This document shows, one piece after another, positions 37,014 to 45,113 of a stretch of 61,457 bases of DNA. The notes beneath the pieces are model-generated. The model was not told where the DNA came from. It saw only the letters and a list, made by a program, of their open reading frames with translations, and made no database searches. The number at the start of each line of letters is the position of its first letter. Positions within the stretch are counted from its first letter, which is position 1. The stretch is taken from contig WGFI01000019.1 of assembly GCA_015492295.1 (NCBI GenBank), positions 1 to 61,457 of the forward strand, read 5' to 3'. The stretch is from a candidate division WOR-3 bacterium. GTDB lineage: Bacteria > Hydrothermota > Hydrothermia > LBFQ01. A program made the position numbers and the translations under genes.

Positions 37014-38206
37014 GATTTTCCTTCAAGTATCTCAATTATCTTACCTCCTATGCCTACTATATTCCCTATCGCCACGAGCACGTTCTCATCATCGGCCTCC
37101 CTCCATATACTCTCAACGACATGTTTCGCAACCTTTCTCGCCTCATCATCCGGAACGGGGTTAGTATGCTCCATTATGGTCATACTCTCCTCGGATATTC
37201 CGAGGTTCCTCAGGGATTTAACCACATACGATGTGTATGTTCCTACTATGAAATAGTGATCCGCCTTGATCCTCTTGCCTAACACCTTTGCAAAGCTTTC
37301 CGTCCTTTGAGGCCTATCCTTCCGCAGCGTTAAAACGAGCAACTTCTTACCCTTTCTCCTATTGATGGCCATGTTCCATATTATTTCGGTGGAATCCGGA
37401 TCGTTGGCCGCAAAGGCGTTAAATAGGTAAATCTTTTTACCTTGGAATTCAATTATCCTTTCAACGAGAACGCCGGGATCAGGTTTAACCTTATACATAC
37501 CGTTTAAAGCAACGCTTCTATCTATCCCAAAGTATCGTGCAACCGCCAATGCCAAGGATACATTTTCCTTATGCTCTATATAAGGGAATCTTAGAAGTTC
37601 CTCATCTTTGATTTCATCAGGCGAAACTTTATATATAACCGAGTTTTTTCTTTTCGCCTCCTCCTCAAATACCCAGAACCATTTATCCTCAGCGGTAAAA
37701 ACTACCCCATTCTTAGGTATTGATAAGGCCAGATTCTTAGCCACATCGTACAATGTTGGACCCATAATATCAAGGTGATCCTCGCGAACGTTGGTTATGA
37801 CACCTACGGTGCTTTGAATTATTCTATCTTCAAGTATGCGTATATAGTCGGGTGTTATAGCCATGCACTCCACAACCAACACATTGGCCCCGGCCTTAAC
37901 GGCGCGCTTAACGATTCTGAGTTGCTCTATTATATTCGGTTTCCCCGCACGGAATACGGGTACCTCCTTACCATCAGGATATATGAATCTCGGTACGGTT
38001 CCCGTGGTTTTCACTGCCACCTCATATCCTCCCTCCCTTAAAGCCGCCCCTATCAACCTCGTAACCGATGATTTACCGCGAGATCCATTCACATGGATTC
38101 TATTTGGTATCTTCCTTAAATTCCTAAGGTGGTTCTTATATCTTAAAAGCTCAATTATACCAAAACCCACCAACGCACCACCTACGCTCATAGTAAATGG
38201 ATCCAT
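37010..38206 (-). CDS. pgsB: Poly-gamma-glutamate synthase PgsB/CapB (Mur-ligase fold)
   Basis: 398 aa with an N-terminal transmembrane segment and P-loop HVNGSRGKSSVTRLI. Size and context match PgsB. Confidence 0.8.
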   Translation of the reverse strand: MDPFTMSVGGALVGFGIIELLRYKNHLRNLRKIPNRIHVNGSRGKSSVTRLIGAALREGGYEVAVKTTGTVPRFIYPDGKEVPVFRAGKPNIIEQLRIVKRAVKAGANVLVVECMAITPDYIRILEDRIIQSTVGVITNVREDHLDIMGPTLYDVAKNLALSIPKNGVVFTAEDKWFWVFEEEAKRKNSVIYKVSPDEIKDEELLRFPYIEHKENVSLALAVARYFGIDRSVALNGMYKVKPDPGVLVERIIEFQGKKIYLFNAFAANDPDSTEIIWNMAINRRKGKKLLVLTLRKDRPQRTESFAKVLGKRIKADHYFIVGTYTSYVVKSLRNLGISEESMTIMEHTNPVPDDEARKVAKHVVESIWREADDENVLVAIGNIVGIGGKIIEILEGKS

Positions 38207-38215
38207 AAACTAATT

Positions 38216-38223
38216 ATTTTATA
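38216..38223 (-). promoter_or_regulatory. Putative -10 element (TTCAACTATAAAAT) for pgs operon
   Basis: Reverse complement reads TATAAAAT, then a 9-nt spacer, then the ATG at 38206. Confidence 0.5.
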
Positions 38224-38254
38224 GTTGAATAAAATTTCTCTACGACATCTCACA

Positions 38255-38500
38255 ATGTCAAATAAGGCTTATGAGGAGGGAGAGGTTAGAGAAAAGGCGA
38301 ACCAAGAAGACAAGCTTCATGCTTCTTTTCATAAAGTTTGCCCTGAGGCTTCCTACATTACAGGTTCAAAACTATGAACATAGATTTACCCGATGACTTT
38401 GTAATAGTTAAGGGCAAGAAAAGTATGGATAAAGCTTCATATAGCCCTTGACCTGAAAGAGATTGAGTATGGTAAAAGATGGCTTACGGAGAGCTTCTTT
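38255..38500 (+). mobile_element. Degenerate DDE-transposase (IS) remnant, multiple frameshifts
   Basis: Fragments in different frames read ..FMLLFIKFALRLP.., NIDLPDDFVIVKG.. and WIKLHIALDLKEIEYGK. These resemble conserved blocks of IS4/IS5-like transposases. There is no intact ORF. Confidence 0.35.
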
Positions 38501-38552
38501 TCAGTTGCAGAAAGAATCTAAAACTGTTTTTGGAAAAAGCAGTATTCCACGA

Positions 38553-38561
38553 CCTTAAAAT
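38553..38561 (+). promoter_or_regulatory. Putative -10 element (CCTTAAAAT) for T9SS-tailed protein gene
   Basis: CGACCTTAAAAT, then a 10-nt spacer, then the ATG at 38572. Confidence 0.45.
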
Positions 38562-38571
38562 ACTTGTTATC

Positions 38572-40344
38572 ATGCTGTTTGTTATGTTGAAAGGTTTTGT
38601 TCCTTATGATAGGTTGGATAGCATAAACGCCCTTGTGTTAAAGGGTCATAATATGCGACTTTCAGATGTTCAAACGAATGAAGGCGCATCTTTTATGATA
38701 TTTTATAAGAAAGTTCTTATGGGCGAATGGGATAGGGATATGATGCCTACCGATACGCTGATCATCGGAGATACACCCGCCGAAACTTTAAGAATAACGG
38801 GGATATGGTCCCATGATGGTCCAATCTTCGTGATGAACGATGGTGTTTTGATTGTTGATAACGCTTATATAACTATAAACGGGAACTTGTACATTCTGAA
38901 TAGCGGAAAGGTTCTGATTGATAGCTCGTATGTCCTTTATCCTCAGGTTTATTTTTATCAATATGGAATAATAGTTGCTCAGAACGGTGAGTATGTTATT
39001 CAAAACAGCACCACGGATTTTGGAGGTTTCACATTTGGAACGGCGGTTATGGATTCGGCGAGGTACATAGAAAGAAGTGTTATAAACCGCAACTTCACGA
39101 CATTAGTAGCCTTAGGAGATAATCCATACATAGAAATATCAAATACGGACAATGTCGGTGAGATAGTGGTGTCTCAAAGAGGAAGGTATATAATTAAGAA
39201 TTCAGATACGATTCTCGTATGGTTTAGGATGCCTCGCGGATGCACGGTTTCCGTATCTTTACCTTATGCTGACACTGTTTGGCATTTTTCATTTGATTCA
39301 ACCTTATCGGGAGTAAGTGGGATAGAATATTCCGTAATCATAGATACCACTACATCGGTTATGTGGGGAATGATAGTGGAAGACTCATCCTATGTGATGC
39401 TTACAAATTCCTATATCAGATCCATAGGCTTGCTCTTTATGGGTAGAGATACCGTAAATGTGTCCGGAATAGTGGGGGATAATACCTATTCATCCTATAC
39501 CCTACCCGTTTCTGATCGTTATATCTACCTTGATAATACCTATGTTAGAACTTTCAGTTTATATCCAACGGATACGAGTGTCGTTTATGTTAGGGGTTCA
39601 ATCTTGGGGGAGATTCTAACTATGGGGAATTCTTATGCTGAGATTACGAGTAGTTATGTTGATGGTTCCGGGGGTTATCTCGGCAGTTCGGAAAATTCGG
39701 TCAGTTTATCCGCATTTGTATCCATTACCGCGAATATAAAGTCATTTGATAATTCTATATTGTTCTTCATATACTCATCTCAGGCCGGATTGTTTGGCCA
39801 AAATGTGGCATCGGGCAAATCCATATTGGTTATAGGTCAAAGCTCACTTCTGGACTATCCCACCGTTTATGATAGTGCATTCGCATGGGTTAGCAATATA
39901 AAGTCTCCTGCGACGGCACCGATAAATTCTCTGGTTGATATAGAGGGGGACGCTTACGGAGAATCCGGGCCACTCGGAAGCTTCCTTAGGTTTGTGCATT
40001 ATAGTTTGCGTTATCAAAAACTCGGCGATTCAACATGGTATCCTATAATAGAAGGTGTTTCCACACCAGCGAAGGATGGCGTTTTGGCCACTTGGAATAC
40101 CACAGGTCTGGAACCAGGGGCATACCTGCTAAGCCTAACAACCAAGGTATCAACGGGGGATAGTATAACGGTTTTGAAGGTTATAAATCTGACGGCGGTT
40201 AATGTGCAGGAGAAATTGGTAAAACTGAAAGAAGGGGAAACGATATACGATGTTGCGGGCAGATCTATATCTCATATACTCAAACCTGGCATATACTTTA
40301 TAAAAAGAGGAAAGGAATTCAAGAAAGTAATCATACGATGGTGA
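38572..40344 (+). CDS. Hypothetical secreted repeat protein with T9SS-type C-terminal sorting domain
   Basis: The start was moved from 38479 to Met32 (38572) on the promoter-motif evidence, because the upstream 31 codons read through the IS remnant. C-terminus reads TIYDVAGRSI..PGIYFIKRGKEFKKVIIRW. The body is Ser/Thr/Val/Tyr-rich and beta-helix-like. Confidence 0.55.
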   Translation: MLFVMLKGFVPYDRLDSINALVLKGHNMRLSDVQTNEGASFMIFYKKVLMGEWDRDMMPTDTLIIGDTPAETLRITGIWSHDGPIFVMNDGVLIVDNAYITINGNLYILNSGKVLIDSSYVLYPQVYFYQYGIIVAQNGEYVIQNSTTDFGGFTFGTAVMDSARYIERSVINRNFTTLVALGDNPYIEISNTDNVGEIVVSQRGRYIIKNSDTILVWFRMPRGCTVSVSLPYADTVWHFSFDSTLSGVSGIEYSVIIDTTTSVMWGMIVEDSSYVMLTNSYIRSIGLLFMGRDTVNVSGIVGDNTYSSYTLPVSDRYIYLDNTYVRTFSLYPTDTSVVYVRGSILGEILTMGNSYAEITSSYVDGSGGYLGSSENSVSLSAFVSITANIKSFDNSILFFIYSSQAGLFGQNVASGKSILVIGQSSLLDYPTVYDSAFAWVSNIKSPATAPINSLVDIEGDAYGESGPLGSFLRFVHYSLRYQKLGDSTWYPIIEGVSTPAKDGVLATWNTTGLEPGAYLLSLTTKVSTGDSITVLKVINLTAVNVQEKLVKLKEGETIYDVAGRSISHILKPGIYFIKRGKEFKKVIIRW

Positions 40345-40441
40345 AAAGTGATATACCTGAGGATAAGCATGGATGAGATCTTTATCTTGCACACAGACTC
40401 CGGATATATTTCGGATTCCCACAAATGCGGTTCTTAAACCA

Positions 40442-40450
40442 CCTTATAAT
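40442..40450 (+). promoter_or_regulatory. Putative -10 element (CCTTATAAT) for lipoprotein-tadA unit
   Basis: CACCTTATAATACCAAGT is followed directly by the ATG at 40458 (7-nt spacer). The 14-mer CCTTATAATACCAAGT is identical to that of the tRNA-Trp promoter. Confidence 0.5.
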
Positions 40451-40457
40451 ACCAAGT

Positions 40458-41453
40458 ATGGGAAGGAAGATTTGGAGTATAGTATTAGGGAGCTATCTTC
40501 TGTTGAACTGCGCCCCTCAGGGTCCAAGCGATTTCATGAATATACCTGAGCCCTCCGAATATATGCGAGGCTTCTTTCCCTTAAAGGTGGTTTTTGATTC
40601 CAAGAAACCCAATGAGATGATCGTTCTAATGGCCAGGGGAGGGAGATTCAACGAGATGCGACTCCTGGCTCTATCCATGCCCGTAGGTCAAAAACTATGG
40701 GAGTTTAGCATAACCAACAAGGTCGTTAAAGATATATATCCCGATCCCGATGGTGGTGTATGGGTATTCGTTGAAGATACGAAGGTTAGAGGAAGAAGGA
40801 GGGTTAGAGATTTTAGGCTTTTGAAAATAGTAGATGGAAATAACACAACATCCGTTGATATTCCAGATACTATATACACCGATTGGTACACCTTCATAGC
40901 CACCAAGGATATGTTCATAGGAAAACCCGTATCCCCTCCTCTCTATTTTGGGGTGTGCTCTAAGACTGGTGATCTCATCAAGGGGGAACCCAAGTTTAGG
41001 AATCTGAGGGAATACTACGAGGAATTTAAAAAATATGCCTCAAAATACAACTTTAAAAAGTTTGTGGCTTATGCCAACGGCAAAATCTATTCGGTTTCGG
41101 AGGCTTTGGACACAATGGAGATATACGATCTTTCCAGTGGAAACATAGTATCCAAGGTGCATCTTGGTCCCCCTCAAATTATACCGAAAGGTCCTGGCAA
41201 GGCTGTGATTATGAACAGGGTTATGGCGGTAGGTACCAAGGGAGACACCTTATGGATTCTAACCCTTAAAGATATAAGATACTACTTGGATGGCAAACTT
41301 ATATACCTTATAGACTTCGGAGATAAGAGATTTCTAACGGGAACGGTTAAGAAGGATACTTTTTATTGGATAACTTATGATAAATCCGTTAGGTTGGCTG
41401 CTGTAAGCAGATACAAAATGGTAAAAGCCGAAGAACTCAATGAGACAAGATGA
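40458..41453 (+). CDS. Hypothetical lipoprotein (beta-rich)
   Basis: The start was set at MGRKIWSIVLGSYLLLNC (signal peptide plus Cys) on the promoter-motif evidence. No family was recognised. Confidence 0.5.
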   Translation: MGRKIWSIVLGSYLLLNCAPQGPSDFMNIPEPSEYMRGFFPLKVVFDSKKPNEMIVLMARGGRFNEMRLLALSMPVGQKLWEFSITNKVVKDIYPDPDGGVWVFVEDTKVRGRRRVRDFRLLKIVDGNNTTSVDIPDTIYTDWYTFIATKDMFIGKPVSPPLYFGVCSKTGDLIKGEPKFRNLREYYEEFKKYASKYNFKKFVAYANGKIYSVSEALDTMEIYDLSSGNIVSKVHLGPPQIIPKGPGKAVIMNRVMAVGTKGDTLWILTLKDIRYYLDGKLIYLIDFGDKRFLTGTVKKDTFYWITYDKSVRLAAVSRYKMVKAEELNETR

Positions 41454-41880
41454 ATACTGGATGCTTCTGGCCATATGTGAGGCCAAAAAGGGATTGAGAA
41501 AAGGTGAGATACCGGTTGGTGTCGTTATAGTTAAGGATGATAGGATAATAGCGAAGGAGCATAATCAAACATCAAAAAACCCCGTATTCCACGCGGAAAT
41601 GCTCGCCATACTCAAATCTAAACCTGAGGATCTCGTAGGATCAAGCGTGTATATAACTATGGAACCTTGTATAATGTGCAGTGGGGCTTTGGTTTTAAGC
41701 AGGGTTAAGGAGATAATATTCTCGGTTGAGAATGAAAAGTTTGGTGGCGCATATTCCCTGTATCAGATACCTCTGGATAGTAGGTTGAATCACACCATAA
41801 TCATAAGGAAAGGCCCCTATGAGGATGAGATTAGGAGTCTTCTAAGTAGATATTTTCTTGGAAAGAGAAGGAGAGGTTGA
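41440..41880 (+). CDS. tadA: tRNA-specific adenosine deaminase
   Basis: 146 aa with HAEM and PCIMCSGAL zinc-binding motifs. Confidence 0.85.
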   Translation: MRQDEYWMLLAICEAKKGLRKGEIPVGVVIVKDDRIIAKEHNQTSKNPVFHAEMLAILKSKPEDLVGSSVYITMEPCIMCSGALVLSRVKEIIFSVENEKFGGAYSLYQIPLDSRLNHTIIIRKGPYEDEIRSLLSRYFLGKRRRG

Positions 41881-43101
41881 GAGGTTGATCAGTCTCCTTC
41901 TGTATATTGATACCCATCTCGCCTTGGTCTTTATCCTTTTCTTTTCCAAGATGGGAAATGTCGCATCGGTTGATTCCGCATGCCTCCTGTACTTATACAG
42001 CACCCTATGTATCCTTCCAACTTTGTACCTTTCAACTATTCTCAATACGAGATCGTAATCCTCTCCAAAATATGGGTAGTTATACTCATCAAATCCACCT
42101 ACCCTCTCCAGAACCTCCCTTTTATAGGACCTAACCGCTCCCGCACCTTCAACCCTTAATATGTTGTTTATGGAAAATTCCAGATGCTTAACCGTCTCAA
42201 TATCGTCAATCTTCCTTCCGGCATCATCAATCACATCGTAATAGGATATTGCCAGACCCACATCGTGTTCTCTATGATATTCGTATATCGTTCGCAACGC
42301 ATCGGGTGTGTAAAGGTCATCGGAATCCAGCTGGGAAACTATCCACCCCCTTGAATGTCTCAAACCTATGTTCAAACACTCAGTCAAACTCTTTCCCGAA
42401 ACCTCAACAAGATTTATCCTTCTATCCTCATTTGAGAACCTCCTGACTATATCCCGGGTACCATCCTTTGAACCATTATCCACGACTATGCATTCCCAGT
42501 GATCAAAATCATTATCAAGAAGGGACTCCAAGGTCTTTCCTATGTACCTTTCACGATCCTTAACTGGGATAATCACGGAAATATACGGCTTATGAGGTTT
42601 TTCGTACAATGGAAGATTTAAAGGCCTTCTGATGTATCCGTTCAATCTTTTGAGAAAATCTATAAAAATCTTTTCTATCAATATCTCATCCTCGTTCGTA
42701 TATTGCAAATACTGAAATGCCTCGGTGTGAAGTTTTCCATGGGACCTCTTAAACGCTTTCTTACTCAAAACATCCTTTAAAACCAAATGATTTTTCCCAG
42801 AAGCGTAAAGATTCAATCTCGCATAATATTCCCAGAATTTCCCATATTTAAACGCCTCAATTCTTTCAAGGAAGTCCCAATCGTATATCCTTACAGGACC
42901 GATCTCGGCCCTTTCGGTTATATCGGGAAAATCGGCCACCTTGCAAACCCTATCTCCAAGTGCATAGTACCCCACCACCAAGGGGTATTTCGGTACGGAT
43001 CTCAAATCTCCAACTATGGATGTGCCCGGATCATAAACCAAGAGCATATCCCCCACCCTATCGGGTATAGGTTTTCCTGATTCTAATAGCTGGAAATTCA
43101 T
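41842..43101 (-). CDS. Family 2 glycosyltransferase with an N-terminal extension of about 170 aa
   Basis: 419 aa (ISVIIPVKDRERYIGKTLESLL...VVDNGSKDGT ... QLDSDD). Confidence 0.75.
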   Translation of the reverse strand: MNFQLLESGKPIPDRVGDMLLVYDPGTSIVGDLRSVPKYPLVVGYYALGDRVCKVADFPDITERAEIGPVRIYDWDFLERIEAFKYGKFWEYYARLNLYASGKNHLVLKDVLSKKAFKRSHGKLHTEAFQYLQYTNEDEILIEKIFIDFLKRLNGYIRRPLNLPLYEKPHKPYISVIIPVKDRERYIGKTLESLLDNDFDHWECIVVDNGSKDGTRDIVRRFSNEDRRINLVEVSGKSLTECLNIGLRHSRGWIVSQLDSDDLYTPDALRTIYEYHREHDVGLAISYYDVIDDAGRKIDDIETVKHLEFSINNILRVEGAGAVRSYKREVLERVGGFDEYNYPYFGEDYDLVLRIVERYKVGRIHRVLYKYRRHAESTDATFPILEKKRIKTKARWVSIYRRRLINLSTSPSLSKKIST

Positions 43102-44024
43102 TGACCCGTCAGAGATTGCACATAACGATTTCTCATATCCGTTGCAACGGTTCTTATGGCATTGGATAAATTCAGACCCATCTGAATGTTGTTTAAGGTT
43201 TGGGTTAAGGGTGTTCCATTCACCTTGTAAGGTTCTCCCGTCTTCGCATCGTATATCGTTATCGTAAAACTTACGAGATCGCTTTTATAGGAAACGCTGC
43301 CAAATACATAAATATCCGTGCCGAGGGTTTGGGCCATGTTATAAACATCCTTCTCGGTTATGGTTCTCTTCGTAAGACCCCTGGAAGATATTAACATCTT
43401 CGCAGCATTTTTATCATAAACCCTGAACCTCGTACTCTGATTAAAGACATCAAATATGTAGTTCATAAGGGTATCACCTAAGGCGTAGGAAAATGCTTGA
43501 TCATCCTCTTCCCTAAATGGGAAAACTATAACCTTCTTTTGGAGAAATTCAACCCCTTTGTATGCTTTGTTCAGTTCATCCAGTACCAAAGGGGTTATAT
43601 CATGCTTGGGATCGTACCATACAGCGTTGGATACATCAAGAACGATCTCATAACCCATGTTCCTCGCTATTTTCTCCACAGTTTCCCTCAACTTCTTAAT
43701 ATACGGTGACATTATCTCTCTACTCTTTGCCTCAACTTTCCTTATTATATCGGCGGAAATACTGTCAAGTTGTTTTTCATAATTCTCTATCTCCCTTTGC
43801 CTTAAAATCCTTTCGGCATCCGTAAGCATAGGCCACTGTTTTTCAAATTCTTTCCTCAGAGAATCTATCTTTCTCTTCAAGGAATCCCTTTTCAATTCAA
43901 GTGTCGCTTTGTATCTCATAACCTGCTCTTTTGCATCTTTGAGATCAATGTACTCCTTATAAACCCTATCCATATTTATAAAAGCGACCTTTGGTGTTTG
44001 GGAGAATATCAATACAAAAGCCAT
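43098..44024 (-). CDS. OmpH/Skp-like periplasmic chaperone fused to a C-terminal domain of about 150 aa
   Basis: 308 aa. Residues ~13-155 are coiled-coil OmpH-like (KVAFINMDRVYKEY...). The C-terminal part (KVIVFPFREEDD...DIYVFGSVSY...ITIYDAKTGE) resembles LpoB/TolB-N-like lipoprotein domains. The N-terminal signal is unclear. Confidence 0.45.
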   Translation of the reverse strand: MAFVLIFSQTPKVAFINMDRVYKEYIDLKDAKEQVMRYKATLELKRDSLKRKIDSLRKEFEKQWPMLTDAERILRQREIENYEKQLDSISADIIRKVEAKSREIMSPYIKKLRETVEKIARNMGYEIVLDVSNAVWYDPKHDITPLVLDELNKAYKGVEFLQKKVIVFPFREEDDQAFSYALGDTLMNYIFDVFNQSTRFRVYDKNAAKMLISSRGLTKRTITEKDVYNMAQTLGTDIYVFGSVSYKSDLVSFTITIYDAKTGEPYKVNGTPLTQTLNNIQMGLNLSNAIRTVATDMRNRYVQSLTGQ

Positions 44025-44743
44025 TTCAGCCTGCTGATTCTATGATACCATACGCTCATATAAACTTTTATGGAATCCCTCGTATAATCCCCGAAGAGTA
44101 TTGAATCAACGGTGATTTTTCCAAGTATATCAACCTTATCAAACTCGTTCTCTATTCCTAAATCAATCCATAAGGCTACGGTATCACCTATGTTTATGCT
44201 CATACTTCGGGTATAACCGTTGGGAGGTACAGGAAAGCTTCCCGTAAAGGGTTTAAACTGGGTTATCCTTTGACCGAATTTATCGCTATTCTCGGAAGGT
44301 GATATTAACTTTAAACTATCAAGAACAAAAAGCAACTTGGGTTGTTCATCCCCATCCTCAGGATTGCAAAGATATAAGGAATCCGCGAAGCATACCCCCG
44401 AAAAATTGCCCGAACCGTAGGAAAAAACCTCGAGATCGGAGGAATAAGGTTCTATATTTATAGTATCGCTTGCCCTTGAATCGGAAGGCGCATAAGCATA
44501 AACCAGATAATTCTTATAAGGTCGTCTTATAAGAACGGATGTATCCGATGTTGAAGTTATCCTATGTAAAACCGATGAGTCTATGCCAAAAACCACGAAG
44601 CTGTCCGCACCTTCAATGCTGTACCAATGTACATATATACCGTTGGCATCCTCAGAACCATACACCTCCGTTATCTTAGGATTTGAAGGTAGCATACCAC
44701 CCCCACACGAAACTAAAACCAACAGATAAATTAACCTTCTCAT
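44009..44743 (-). CDS. Hypothetical lipoprotein
   Basis: 244 aa with the lipobox signal MRRLIYLLVLVSC. The N-terminal region looks Fn3-like. No family was recognised. Confidence 0.5.
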   Translation of the reverse strand: MRRLIYLLVLVSCGGGMLPSNPKITEVYGSEDANGIYVHWYSIEGADSFVVFGIDSSVLHRITSTSDTSVLIRRPYKNYLVYAYAPSDSRASDTINIEPYSSDLEVFSYGSGNFSGVCFADSLYLCNPEDGDEQPKLLFVLDSLKLISPSENSDKFGQRITQFKPFTGSFPVPPNGYTRSMSINIGDTVALWIDLGIENEFDKVDILGKITVDSILFGDYTRDSIKVYMSVWYHRISRLKWLLY

Positions 44744-45063
44744 ACCTTTATCCTTATAGCATACCCAAGGGCATCTCTTGCGAGACTCTCTATTTCTCTT
44801 ATGATATTCTCATCGCTCGTTCCTTCCAAACCGACTTCAACGAATACCGGCGAGGTACTTTCAAATATGAAGTTTTTGGTGTACGGAGAGAAAGTCCTAA
44901 CGAGTTTCTCATCAATGATAACCAGGGCGTACTCACCGCTTCCAGCAAGACTTCTAACATGCTTTTCGGCTAAGGAAGAGTCATCCGTTTCAAAGACATC
45001 GCATCCCGCTATGAGAAAACCCGGCGCAAACTGGGGTCTGACTATGGCCAAAACCTTGTTCAT
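44740..45063 (-). CDS. V-type ATPase subunit F-like small protein (orphan)
   Basis: 107 aa. The pattern KVLAIV....APGFLIAGCDVFE.....AEKHV..L...GEYALVIIDEKL ... ARDALGY resembles the ATP-synt_F family. No other V-ATPase genes are in the window. Confidence 0.4.
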   Translation of the reverse strand: MNKVLAIVRPQFAPGFLIAGCDVFETDDSSLAEKHVRSLAGSGEYALVIIDEKLVRTFSPYTKNFIFESTSPVFVEVGLEGTSDENIIREIESLARDALGYAIRIKV

Positions 45064-45072
45064 AAGTCGGGA

Positions 45073-45081
45073 ATTTTAAAG
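45073..45081 (-). promoter_or_regulatory. Putative -10 element (CAACTTTAAAAT) for VatF-like operon
   Basis: Reverse complement reads CTTTAAAAT, then a 9-nt spacer, then the ATG at 45063. Confidence 0.5.
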
Positions 45082-45096
45082 TTGTTTGAATATCCA

Positions 45097-45105
45097 CATT
45101 AAAAT
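45097..45105 (+). promoter_or_regulatory. Putative -10 element (CATTAAAAT) for GT-C gene
   Basis: CCACATTAAAAT, then an 8-nt spacer, then the TTG at 45114. Confidence 0.4.
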
Positions 45106-45113
45106 AACCTGTT

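Noticed and set aside
38479-38571. The first 31 codons of the 621-aa ORF (MAYGELLFSCRKNLKLF...)
   Set aside because: They read out of the degenerate IS remnant and lack a promoter or SD. A CCTTAAAAT box plus 10 nt supports the internal ATG at 38572.
40150-40422. 90-aa minus-strand ORF spanning the 3' end of the T9SS-tailed gene and the following intergenic region
   Set aside because: It is mostly antisense to a supported gene. It has no promoter box or SD and no recognisable motif.
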